Counted from the first letter of the stretch, positions 8,635 to 16,699 are shown. The stretch: DNA of 32,000 nt from Candidatus Saccharimonadota bacterium (GCA_021654395.1 AP024486.1:240001-272000), one strand, 5' to 3'. Translations and numbers: made by a program. Notes: generated by a model from the sequence alone, not told the origin.

Positions 8635-9924
8635 ATGGGTCTTGGAGAATCGTTAAGAGATGCTATAGACAAGCTAAGAGGCAAGCATATACTTGATAGA
8701 AAAGCCATAGATGAGTTTATAAAAGATATACAGAAGGCACTTATAGCTGCAGGTGTAGATGTAAAGCTAACGTTCTCTATAACAAATGAGATAAGAGAGA
8801 AAGCGCTAAAGACAGAGCAGGTAGAAGGTCTAACAACAAGAGACATACTTATAAATCTACTATATGAAAGTCTAGTTAGCATAGTAGGAGATGAGTATAA
8901 GCCAGATATAAGACCAAAGAGGATAATGCTTATAGGCTTATATGGAGCTGGAAAGACAACAACTGCCGCTAAGCTTGCATACTTCTATAAGGAGAAAGGG
9001 CTAAAGCCTTTACTTATAACCACAGATAGATACAGAAAGGCAGCGTATGAGCAGCTAGAGCATCTTGCCAAATCTATAAACGTAGACTTCTTCAGCATAA
9101 AAGATGCATCTCCAGAAGAGATAATAAAAGAGGCATTAAAGAGGATAAAGAGGTCAAATGTTGCCATACTGGATACTGCAGGGAGAGACTCGCTTAATGA
9201 AGAGCTAATAAAGGAGCTGAAGCTACAAGCAGAGCTGTTCAAACCAGATGAGAAGATTCTTGTAATAAGCGCAGATATAGGAGAGGTTGTAAAGAGTTTA
9301 GTAAAGGCATTTAATGATGCAGTAGGAATAGATGGTATAATTATCACAAAGATGGATGGATCGGCTAAGGCGGGAGGTACATTAACGGCAGCAAAGCTCA
9401 GCGGAGCAAAGGTAATGTTTATAGGAACTGGAGAGAAGGTAGAAGATCTAGAGCCTTTTAATCCAAAGAGATATGTTGGCAGATTGCTAGGAATGCCAGA
9501 TATAGGAGCATTTATAGAGAGAGTAAATAGAGTCTTAAGAGAAGAGTCTGAAGAGTTACCAGAGATTAAGAGTAATATAACACTATTAGACTTCTATAAG
9601 CAGATAAAGACATTAAGTAAGTTAGGTCCTCTAAAGGATATAGCAAGTATGCTTGGCTTCTCTTCATTACCAAAGGATGTATTGGAAAATAGTCAGGATA
9701 CGCTTAAGAAATACAAGGCAATGATAGACTCAATGACAGAGGAGGAGAGACTAAATGATGCTCTCTTAAATAATCGCTCCAGAATTGAGCGAATAGCTAG
9801 AGGTAGTGGTACAAAGCCAGAAGAGGTTAAAGAGTTTATAAGTAAGTTTAGAGAGATGAAAAAGATCTATAGGCAATTGTTAAATAATAGAGATCTAAGA
9901 AGGAGATTCTCTATAGGTAGCTGA
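8635..9924 (+). CDS. srp54: Signal recognition particle protein SRP54
   Basis: NG domain GTPase motifs GLYGAGKTTTAAKLA, DTAGR, TKMDGSAKAGG. The C-terminal M-domain is Met/Arg-rich. TATA-like TTTTAAATA lies about 27 nt upstream of the ATG, suggesting a leaderless mRNA. Confidence 0.95.
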   Translation: MGLGESLRDAIDKLRGKHILDRKAIDEFIKDIQKALIAAGVDVKLTFSITNEIREKALKTEQVEGLTTRDILINLLYESLVSIVGDEYKPDIRPKRIMLIGLYGAGKTTTAAKLAYFYKEKGLKPLLITTDRYRKAAYEQLEHLAKSINVDFFSIKDASPEEIIKEALKRIKRSNVAILDTAGRDSLNEELIKELKLQAELFKPDEKILVISADIGEVVKSLVKAFNDAVGIDGIIITKMDGSAKAGGTLTAAKLSGAKVMFIGTGEKVEDLEPFNPKRYVGRLLGMPDIGAFIERVNRVLREESEELPEIKSNITLLDFYKQIKTLSKLGPLKDIASMLGFSSLPKDVLENSQDTLKKYKAMIDSMTEEERLNDALLNNRSRIERIARGSGTKPEEVKEFISKFREMKKIYRQLLNNRDLRRRFSIGS

Positions 9925-9990
9925 CTATCTCTTTAATGGCCTTCCAGGTCTTTTTGAGTTCTTAGCCTTCTTTACTCTTATCCTTGACAT
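9925..9990 (-). CDS. Candidate 21-codon basic micro-ORF (MSRIRVKKAKNSKRPGRPLKR)
   Basis: ATG-to-TAG ORF read by hand on the minus strand in the SRP54/thioredoxin gap, co-oriented with and 41 nt downstream of the thioredoxin gene. Very basic, with an AT-hook-like KRPGRP core. No other support. Confidence 0.2.
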   Translation of the reverse strand: MSRIRVKKAKNSKRPGRPLKR

Positions 9991-10031
9991 AAAGATCACA
10001 TAAAATTTTAACTATACAAATAAATAAATAT

Positions 10032-10394
10032 CTAACTTATAATTAGATGTGTCATGCTTCCAAGTCTCTTAAACATATGCTCTAGCTCTAGCTTAAAGTC
10101 ATTAAGCTCTAGGTATCCAGTTATAGATAGTATCTCTTTGCTATTGTAGAATATCTTTATTGTTGGTGTAACAGAGATCTTATACTTAATGAATGCGTAC
10201 TTATTGCTATCCTTTGCATATAGGTTTATATTATAGAAGTCTAACTTATCTGCGTAGAGCTTCTCTATGTCTTCTAGGATCGGCTTTAGTCTAGCGCACC
10301 AGACGCACTTATCTGTCATAAACTCTACTAATGCTGGCCTCTCGCTATTAGAGCTAACAATTCTCTCAAGCTCATCGTTATCTATCTCTTTCAT
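10032..10394 (-). CDS. Thioredoxin-fold protein with CxxC (CVWC) active site
   Basis: ALVEFMTDKCVWCARLKPILEDI ... ISVTPTIKIF matches the thioredoxin layout (WCxxC region, cis-Pro T-P-T). Starts 4 nt after the upstream KaiC-like gene stop. Confidence 0.75.
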   Translation of the reverse strand: MKEIDNDELERIVSSNSERPALVEFMTDKCVWCARLKPILEDIEKLYADKLDFYNINLYAKDSNKYAFIKYKISVTPTIKIFYNSKEILSITGYLELNDFKLELEHMFKRLGSMTHLIIS

Positions 10395-10398
10395 AGTA

Positions 10399-11127
10399 TC
10401 ACTTAAATACTCTTATTCCCTTAGATGTTATCTGATAAGGCAGCGCTGTTGTTTTATGATTAGAGCCACGCATCTTCACTACTCTAACTAGGTACTGATA
10501 GCTACCGCCTATATCTTTAGTGTATAGCTTAATTATTCCATCAAACATATAAGTTCCATATAAGCCAAAGATCTCCGTAAAGTTATCTGTCTGGCTTGAC
10601 TCCAATGTATATAAAACTGTTAAGCCTCTTTTCTTCATAGAGCTTGTAAGATCTATAAGATACCTTGTAAAGATCTTATCATTCTCAAATAGAGTTCTAT
10701 AGACCGTTAAAGAATCTATTGTTATATATGTAGCCTTATTCTCTTCTATAGTCTTCTCTATAGAAGCTATATCCGCCTCTGACTCTTCTCTAGATTTTAT
10801 TGCATACTTCCTCTCTACATTCTTTATATTTAATAGACCTTTTGATATAAGCTCATCGATATCATCAAAGTACTCAAATGCGCTTTTTAAGTTTTTGAGG
10901 ATCTCATCTACTCCCTCTTCTGTAGAAATAAAGCAAGTAGCTATTCCTGCTTGAGCATTTCTATAAAGAGTCTCAAAGCTCATTAAGGTCTTTCCAGTTC
11001 CTGGCTCACCTACAACTAAGACCTGCGCTGCCTTTGGTATTCCACCGTAAAGCATATCGTCTAGTCCATCTATGCCAGTGCTTACCTTCTCTATAAGTAC
11101 TCCTCCTTTATAATCCTCTTCAGCCAT
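10399..11127 (-). CDS. KaiC-like / RecA-superfamily single-domain ATPase (second of tandem pair)
   Basis: STGIDGLDDMLYGGIPK, Walker A GEPGTGKT, catalytic STEEG, Walker B-like YITIDS, C-terminal VKMRGSNH. The ORF-track GTG start at 11136 is probably part of the SD (GTGATctctATG); ATG at 11127 preferred. Confidence 0.8.
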   Translation of the reverse strand: MAEEDYKGGVLIEKVSTGIDGLDDMLYGGIPKAAQVLVVGEPGTGKTLMSFETLYRNAQAGIATCFISTEEGVDEILKNLKSAFEYFDDIDELISKGLLNIKNVERKYAIKSREESEADIASIEKTIEENKATYITIDSLTVYRTLFENDKIFTRYLIDLTSSMKKRGLTVLYTLESSQTDNFTEIFGLYGTYMFDGIIKLYTKDIGGSYQYLVRVVKMRGSNHKTTALPYQITSKGIRVFK

Positions 11128-11135
11128 AGAGATCA

Positions 11136-11861
11136 CTATATCTCAACAATGTCTATTCCAGAGGACGTTATCTCATAAGGAAATGCTTTAGTAGAATGAG
11201 ATGTGCCTCTCATCTTTACAATCTCTAATGTTCTAATCCTGCTATCTGTATTGCTGCTGAAGTACATTCCTATAACTCCGTCATATATAAAGAACTCTGG
11301 TGGAAACTCTAAGAAGTCTCTATACGGCTTACTGACTTCTAGAGTTAATAATGCTGTTATATTATTCTTCTTCAAGATATTTATTAGCTTCATCGACATC
11401 AATCTAAAGCTTATTGGATCGCTTATAAGATTCTTAAATATAGTTACAGAGTCTATCACAGCGACAGATACATTATTGTTAAGGATTATTGAGTAGATCG
11501 ATGCTAATGCGTTATTAAATAGATAAAGCATCTGCTTAGTATCGTCGAAGGCAGAGTTGCTTATTACCTGAAGTATATCCTCTCCATTAATGATTAAGCT
11601 ATTCTTATTAATTAGATCTTCTGCATCACTGAAATCGCTAAAAGCCTCTATAGCATCATCTATTATCTGCTTTGGTGTCTCCTCTAATGATATAAAAGCA
11701 GATTTCAGCCCCTTCTTTGCATTCTTGTATAGAAACTGAAAGCAGAATAGGCTCTTACCAGCGCCTGCGCCTCCTGCCAATATTACTACATTACCTTTTG
11801 GTATTCCACCCCCCATTAAAGAGTCTAGCTTATCTATACCTGTAGTTATCCTTTCTTTCAA
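11136..11861 (-). CDS. KaiC-like / RecA-superfamily single-domain ATPase (first of tandem pair)
   Basis: TTGIDKLDSLMGGGIPKG, Walker A GGAGAGKS, SLEET, Walker B VAVIDS, VKMRGTSH. Its stop overlaps or abuts the next KaiC-like gene. Confidence 0.8.
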   Translation of the reverse strand: MKERITTGIDKLDSLMGGGIPKGNVVILAGGAGAGKSLFCFQFLYKNAKKGLKSAFISLEETPKQIIDDAIEAFSDFSDAEDLINKNSLIINGEDILQVISNSAFDDTKQMLYLFNNALASIYSIILNNNVSVAVIDSVTIFKNLISDPISFRLMSMKLINILKKNNITALLTLEVSKPYRDFLEFPPEFFIYDGVIGMYFSSNTDSRIRTLEIVKMRGTSHSTKAFPYEITSSGIDIVEI

Positions 11862-11946
11862 GCAGAGTCACCATTTACTAAAGATTTATGAATTAATATT
11901 TAAAACACTATACTTATCTTAAGGCTTTAAGAAAAAGAGAGAGATG

Positions 11947-12021
11947 TGGGCTCGGAGAGATTTGAACTCTCGACCTACGGCTTATAAGACCGTCGCTCTA
12001 ACCAGGCTGAGCTACGAGCCC
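11947..12021 (-). tRNA. tRNA-Ile, anticodon UAU
   Basis: Hand-folded cloverleaf on the minus strand: GGGCTCG TA GCTC AGCCTGGTTA GAGC G ACGGT CTTATAA GCCGT AGGTC GAGAG TTCAAAT CTCTC CGAGCCC A. All four stems pair (one G-U). Anticodon loop C-U-UAU-A-A. No encoded CCA, no intron. Confidence 0.85.
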
Positions 12022-12071
12022 ATATAATTTAATTTTATATAAAGATAAACTATTTTAAGATATCTTTAAGT

Positions 12072-13298
12072 CTAACCTGGCACTGTATAGTTATTCTTTA
12101 TATAAGGTGGCTTTGGAGTAACTTTTGGTAATCCTCCAGTATAGTTAACAAGCTTAAATATCCTCAGAGGCAGAGTATAATTTATGAAATTTACGCCACT
12201 CTCTGTAGTATTTGGAAATACTTGTACAAATCCTGGGAGCTTTCCTAAGAAGAAGCCCTCATAGAAAGGCGAATTGTAAAATTCTGTTGGTGCGTCTGTT
12301 ATACTTCCATTGCTATTTGGAACGTAGATCACTAGTGTTACTATAAAGTCTTGAGTAATATTATCTATCTTAGCTGTAGTTATCTGCGCTTGGTTATAAT
12401 TTTGAATATTTACATAAGCATTTAGTCTGGTTCCATTGCCATAGTATAAAGGCCATGTGCCTGGAGACTCTCTAGGTATGCATATTGTAGTATTCTGATC
12501 AACCAAGTTTAAGAAGCCAGCGCCTAATGAGTTAGTAAGCCATACTCTTAAGTATACTGTATTATTACTGCTCTTAGAAGCAGAAGGTATATTGCAAAAG
12601 TCAGTCTCAAGAACATTTATACTATTGTTTAATGGTATAGGGATTAATGCATATACTGGATTATGCTTTAGCTCACAAGGGCTTGTTCCTAGTAGAAATG
12701 GTTGGCCCACTAGCTTACCTTGCTGTATTGCATATTGCTCAGATGTTGCATTTATATCTATGCAAGCAAGGAAGTCTAAGGCACCCCACTTTGATATTAA
12801 TCCTTGACTAAAGACAACGTACTCTGATTGATTATTATTCATATAAGATGCTAAAGCTGCTGGTCCAAAGCCATCCGCAGTTGTAAAAACAAAATGTGCA
12901 GCAACTCCATAATCCTCTTTAGCAAACGCATTGTCTCCTCTTATTACAGTATTACTAAAGCCAAACCAGTTTATCCAATCTCCGTAGTCCCACCACGCAA
13001 GTACTCTTGGTGCATAAGGTCCAACATTCTTTGCCATCCACTGAGTAGCTGCAATCCAATATGATGGAACTTGATTACAGAACTCTGCAAAGCCCAAACC
13101 ATTACCTTCATTTGCTAAAGCACTACACGTTAAGGTAAGATTGCCGTTATTGCTGGCATATGTCAATGCTGCACTAAATGCAGCAGGCAAGCTAGTCCAT
13201 GCCCCAGATAACAGCGTGCCTTTGCTTAAAAAATTAAGTATCTCTAATAGAAGTATAAGTCCTATAAATATAATTAAGACTAACTTATAAGAGTCCAT
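12072..13298 (-). CDS. AglB/STT3 C-terminal (extracytoplasmic) catalytic-domain protein with a single N-terminal TM anchor
   Basis: One N-terminal hydrophobic helix (LVLIIFIGLILLLEILNFL). Then WIAATQWMAKNVGPYAPRVLAWWDYGDWI contains the WWDYG oligosaccharyltransferase motif in its usual context. A DK/MI-like segment EYVVFSQGLISKWGAL follows. Many N-x-S/T sequons. Confidence 0.75.
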   Translation of the reverse strand: MDSYKLVLIIFIGLILLLEILNFLSKGTLLSGAWTSLPAAFSAALTYASNNGNLTLTCSALANEGNGLGFAEFCNQVPSYWIAATQWMAKNVGPYAPRVLAWWDYGDWINWFGFSNTVIRGDNAFAKEDYGVAAHFVFTTADGFGPAALASYMNNNQSEYVVFSQGLISKWGALDFLACIDINATSEQYAIQQGKLVGQPFLLGTSPCELKHNPVYALIPIPLNNSINVLETDFCNIPSASKSSNNTVYLRVWLTNSLGAGFLNLVDQNTTICIPRESPGTWPLYYGNGTRLNAYVNIQNYNQAQITTAKIDNITQDFIVTLVIYVPNSNGSITDAPTEFYNSPFYEGFFLGKLPGFVQVFPNTTESGVNFINYTLPLRIFKLVNYTGGLPKVTPKPPYIKNNYTVPG

Positions 13299-13481
13299 AG
13301 TTTATATCTTAGGTCTAATAACATTTAAATAGTTTAGCAAGATTAATAGCCTTTATAATCTCAGTTAGATTAAAGATTATTTAATGAATATATATTTGAT
13401 TAGTTAGATTATAAGATCAAGTGCTGTATAAGCTAAAAGCATCTAAGGATTTATAAGTATTGTTTATTAATTCATGCTAAA

Positions 13482-13509
13482 GACGTGCGTCTATATAGAC
13501 GCCTACGTC
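13482..13509. promoter_or_regulatory. GC-clamped palindrome centred on a TATATA box just upstream of the ribosomal protein cluster
   Basis: GACGTGCGTCTATATAGACGCCTACGTC: perfect 16-bp palindrome GCGTCTATATAGACGC (13487-13502), plus outer GACGT/ACGTC arms. The TATATA centre lies about 25 nt upstream of the uL3 ATG (13520). Confidence 0.4.
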
Positions 13510-13519
13510 AGTGATATAT

Positions 13520-14479
13520 ATGTCAAAAGGTTCGCATAGAGGATCCATGCAATTTTGGCCCCATAGGAGGGCTAGAAGGATACTACCAAGACTTAGAAAG
13601 CAGTATAGTAAAGGCAAGCTATTTAATATAGTTACAGTAAAAGCAGGAATGACTCATGTAATGCTAATAGAGCAAGCAGAAGGACCTAGAAAGAATCAAG
13701 AGGTTGTAGTCCCAGTAACAGTATTAGAGGTTCCAGAGACAAAGGTATACGGAATAAGATTATACAAGAAAGACAGCAATAATTATATGAATTCATCTAT
13801 CGATATACTACATAGAGCTACTGCTGCAGAGCTAAAGATAAAGAAGATAAAGTATGATGAGAGCAAGATAGACGAGCTAATTAATAATTCAGATAATATA
13901 GAGAGAGTAGATCTTCTTCTATATGCTAAGATAGATGGCACATCCGCAGATATTAATCATCCTATAAGATATCAGTCATCATTTGAGTACTCAGATATAA
14001 AAGACGCATTAACAAAAGCAAGGGGCATGCTTGGAAGTAAGATAGATATAAAAACACTCTTTAATCCAGGGGAGTATGTAGATGTTGTTTCAATATCAAA
14101 GGGGAAGGGTTGGCAGGGTCCTATAAAGAGATTTCATGTTACAAGGCAGTATAGAAAATCAACAAATAAGGTAAGGCATGTTGGTGTTCTAGGACCAATG
14201 AGACCTGGTAAGATATTCTATACTGTACCTCAAGCGGGTCAGTTAGGATTCAACTATAGAACAGAGTTAAATAAGCAGATAATAGGGGTATTTAGTAAAG
14301 ATGAGGCAGATAAGGTAAACAGAAAGGAAGGATTCAAGAACTATGGTATTATTAAGAATGATTATATAATGCTAAAAGGGTCGGTTCCAGGAGTAGCAAA
14401 GAGGATAGTGAGGATAAAGCAGGCAGTAAGACCAACAAAGAAGTCGGTTCCTATTAAGATAACTTATATAGATAAGTGA
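13520..14479 (+). CDS. rpl3: 50S ribosomal protein uL3
   Basis: N-terminal RGSMQFWPHRRA and KGKGWQGPIKRF motifs; first gene of the conserved L3-L4-L23-L2-S19-L22-S3 order. ORF-track GTG 13511 lies inside GTGATatatATG, so ATG 13520 is preferred. Confidence 0.95.
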   Translation: MSKGSHRGSMQFWPHRRARRILPRLRKQYSKGKLFNIVTVKAGMTHVMLIEQAEGPRKNQEVVVPVTVLEVPETKVYGIRLYKKDSNNYMNSSIDILHRATAAELKIKKIKYDESKIDELINNSDNIERVDLLLYAKIDGTSADINHPIRYQSSFEYSDIKDALTKARGMLGSKIDIKTLFNPGEYVDVVSISKGKGWQGPIKRFHVTRQYRKSTNKVRHVGVLGPMRPGKIFYTVPQAGQLGFNYRTELNKQIIGVFSKDEADKVNRKEGFKNYGIIKNDYIMLKGSVPGVAKRIVRIKQAVRPTKKSVPIKITYIDK

Positions 14480-14485
14480 TGAGAT

Positions 14486-15301
14486 ATGCAAGCAGATGTT
14501 TATGATATAAATGGTAAGATTGTATCCAAGATAGAGCTTCCAAAAGAGTTTAGCAAAGAGTACAGGAAAGATCTAATAATAAGAGCATTACTAGCTGAGA
14601 ACACATTAAGGCTGCAGCCGCAAGGACATGCACCAGAGGCAGGAATGCAGGCATCTGTATCATACGTTGGAAGAAGAGGTGCCTACAGATCGCAAGTACA
14701 TACTGGAAGGCCAGGTAGACCAAGACAGAAGTTAAGCGAGGGTCGTTTAGGAGATGTAAGAAGAATACCTTCCGCAGTAAAGGGAAGGAGAGCACATCCA
14801 CACAAAGTAGAGAAGAACATAATAGAAGTTATAAATAATAAAGAGTATACAAAAGCAATAATCTCTGCTATAGCATATACAAATAATGCAAAAGAGGTAT
14901 ATAAGATAGATAAAGATACTCCAATAATAGTAGAAGATGCCATAGAGAAGATATCTAAGACAAAGGATCTTGTTTCATTAATAAAAAGATTAGGATTAGA
15001 GAAGCAGCTAGAGGATGTAGAGAAAAGAAAGCGAATAAGAAAAGGATTAAGAAGATCAGCAAGGCAGAGATCTTATAAGAAATGGCTACTATTTGTAACT
15101 TTGGATAGCAATGCAGATCTGCTAAAAGCAGCAAGAAACATAAAAGGGGTTGATGCAGTTCCATTAGAGAAGCTTTCAGTTGATAAGCTAGTTCCTGGAG
15201 GAAACAATCCAAGAATAGTTATATGGAGCTTATCTTCAGTAAAGAATATAGACAAGATAAAGAATCTTAGATTTATAGATACAGTTTCTGTGAATAGGTG
15301 A
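14486..15301 (+). CDS. rpl4: 50S ribosomal protein uL4
   Basis: Position in the cluster plus the GRRGAYRSQVHTGRPGRPR ... GRRAHPHKVEK region typical of archaeal L4. Confidence 0.93.
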   Translation: MQADVYDINGKIVSKIELPKEFSKEYRKDLIIRALLAENTLRLQPQGHAPEAGMQASVSYVGRRGAYRSQVHTGRPGRPRQKLSEGRLGDVRRIPSAVKGRRAHPHKVEKNIIEVINNKEYTKAIISAIAYTNNAKEVYKIDKDTPIIVEDAIEKISKTKDLVSLIKRLGLEKQLEDVEKRKRIRKGLRRSARQRSYKKWLLFVTLDSNADLLKAARNIKGVDAVPLEKLSVDKLVPGGNNPRIVIWSLSSVKNIDKIKNLRFIDTVSVNR

Positions 15302-15306
15302 AGAGC

Positions 15307-15558
15307 ATGTCAGTATTGTTATATCCATTAAATACTGAAAAGGCAATAAGCCTTATAGATAAGGCGAATACAATAACATTTATAGTGGCAGATGCAGCAA
15401 CAAAGAAGCAAGTAAAGGAGGAGTTTGAAAGGCTATTCAAAGTAAAAGTTAAATCTGTTAATATATCTAATACATTCCTTGAAGGAAAGAAGGCGTATAT
15501 AAAGCTAGAGAAAGATTATAAGGCATCAGATATTGCTGTAAAGCTTAAGCTAGCGTGA
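15307..15558 (+). CDS. rpl23: 50S ribosomal protein uL23
   Basis: LLYPLNTEKAISLID ... ITFIVADAATKKQVKEEFERLFKVKV is the L23 signature; cluster position. Start could be GTG 15298 (overlapping the L4 stop) or ATG 15307. Confidence 0.93.
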   Translation: MSVLLYPLNTEKAISLIDKANTITFIVADAATKKQVKEEFERLFKVKVKSVNISNTFLEGKKAYIKLEKDYKASDIAVKLKLA

Positions 15559-15564
15559 TGATTT

Positions 15565-16278
15565 ATGGGTAAGAGATTGCATCAGCAAAGAAGAGGTAGA
15601 GGAACTAACAAGTATAAGAAGAAGCCAGGAACATTTGATATAGCTCCTAGCTTCAAGGGAATAGATGGCAAAACATATGGAGAGGTAATAGATATCATTC
15701 ATCATACTGGCCATACGGCTCCTTTAATGAAAGTAAGGCTACAGGATTCAAAGGAGATATACTTAATAGCTCCAGAAGGGATTAAGACAGGAGATAGAAT
15801 AGTAATAAATGGGGATCAAGAGGATGCTTCATTAGGAAGTGTCTTAGAGCTTTCAAAGATACCTGCTGGCAGCTTTATATACAATATAGAGAGAATAAGA
15901 GGTGATGGTGGCACATTAGTAAGGAGTGCAGGTTCAACAGCAAGTATAGTATCTCAAACAGAGAATACTGTTACATTAGCGCTGCCATCAAAGAAGCTTA
16001 TAACAGTAAGCTCTAGATGCAGAGCTCAGATAGGCTTAGTAGCAGGTGGAGGCAGATATGATATGCCTTTCATGAAGGCAGGCAGAAAGTATTATAGAAT
16101 GAGAGCTCTTAATAGATTATGGCCAAAGGTTAGAGCAGTAAAGATGAATGCAGCAGATCATCCATTTGGAGGTAAGACCGGAGACAAAAGAAAGCCACAC
16201 ATGTCAAAGAGGAATGCACCTCCTGGTAGAAAGGCAGGTATGATAGCGCCTAGAAGAACAGGTAGAAGAAAGAAGTGA
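15565..16278 (+). CDS. rpl2: 50S ribosomal protein uL2
   Basis: GRGTNKYKK, VIDIIHHTGHTAPLMKV, GGGRYDMPFMKAG, NAADHPFGG and a basic C-terminus; cluster position. Confidence 0.95.
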   Translation: MGKRLHQQRRGRGTNKYKKKPGTFDIAPSFKGIDGKTYGEVIDIIHHTGHTAPLMKVRLQDSKEIYLIAPEGIKTGDRIVINGDQEDASLGSVLELSKIPAGSFIYNIERIRGDGGTLVRSAGSTASIVSQTENTVTLALPSKKLITVSSRCRAQIGLVAGGGRYDMPFMKAGRKYYRMRALNRLWPKVRAVKMNAADHPFGGKTGDKRKPHMSKRNAPPGRKAGMIAPRRTGRRKK

Positions 16279-16283
16279 TGCTT

Positions 16284-16694
16284 ATGGCAGATGAGGAGAT
16301 TAAAAGAGTAGAGAGGGTTGTGTTTAAAGGCTTGACAGAAAGTCAGCTAAAGGAGCTTCCTTACGAGAAGTTCCTACAGCTAATAGATAGCAGAGCTAGG
16401 AGATTCTTAACGAGAAAGTCATTACAGTATAAAGAGGTAATGGCTAATGTAGAAAAGGCAAAAAGAAAAGGATCAAATACAGTAAAGACAAGAGTAAGAG
16501 AGGCAGTCATACTGCCAGAGTGGGTAGGAATGGTGTTTCAAGTGCACAATGGAAAGCAGTATGTAAATGTAGAGATAAAGCCAGAGATGGTTGGTCGTAG
16601 ATTAGGAGAGTTTGTATACACAGTACAGAGAGTAGTTCACTCTACACCTGGTATAAAGGCTACAAAGAGTAGTAGATCTATAGGACAGAAGTGA
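16284..16694 (+). CDS. rps19: 30S ribosomal protein uS19
   Basis: VHNGKQYVNVEIKPEMVGRRLGEFVYT motif; cluster position. GTGATgcttATG junction with the L2 stop. Confidence 0.95.
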   Translation: MADEEIKRVERVVFKGLTESQLKELPYEKFLQLIDSRARRFLTRKSLQYKEVMANVEKAKRKGSNTVKTRVREAVILPEWVGMVFQVHNGKQYVNVEIKPEMVGRRLGEFVYTVQRVVHSTPGIKATKSSRSIGQK

Positions 16695-16699
16695 TGTAT

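Noticed and set aside
8625-9347. Minus-strand ORFs 8625-8882 and 8985-9347 opposite srp54
   Set aside because: Both are antisense to a CDS with complete SRP54 GTPase motifs and have no independent coding signal.
10267-11496. Plus-strand ORFs 10267-10491 and 11203-11496 opposite the thioredoxin and KaiC-like genes
   Set aside because: Both are antisense to CDSs with clear Walker and CxxC motifs, and their products are low-complexity.
14550-15255. Four overlapping minus-strand ORFs (14550-14801, 14683-14943, 14955-15212, 15073-15255) across the uL4 gene
   Set aside because: All lie inside the conserved uL4 CDS, overlap each other in different frames, and translate to hydrophobic low-complexity strings.
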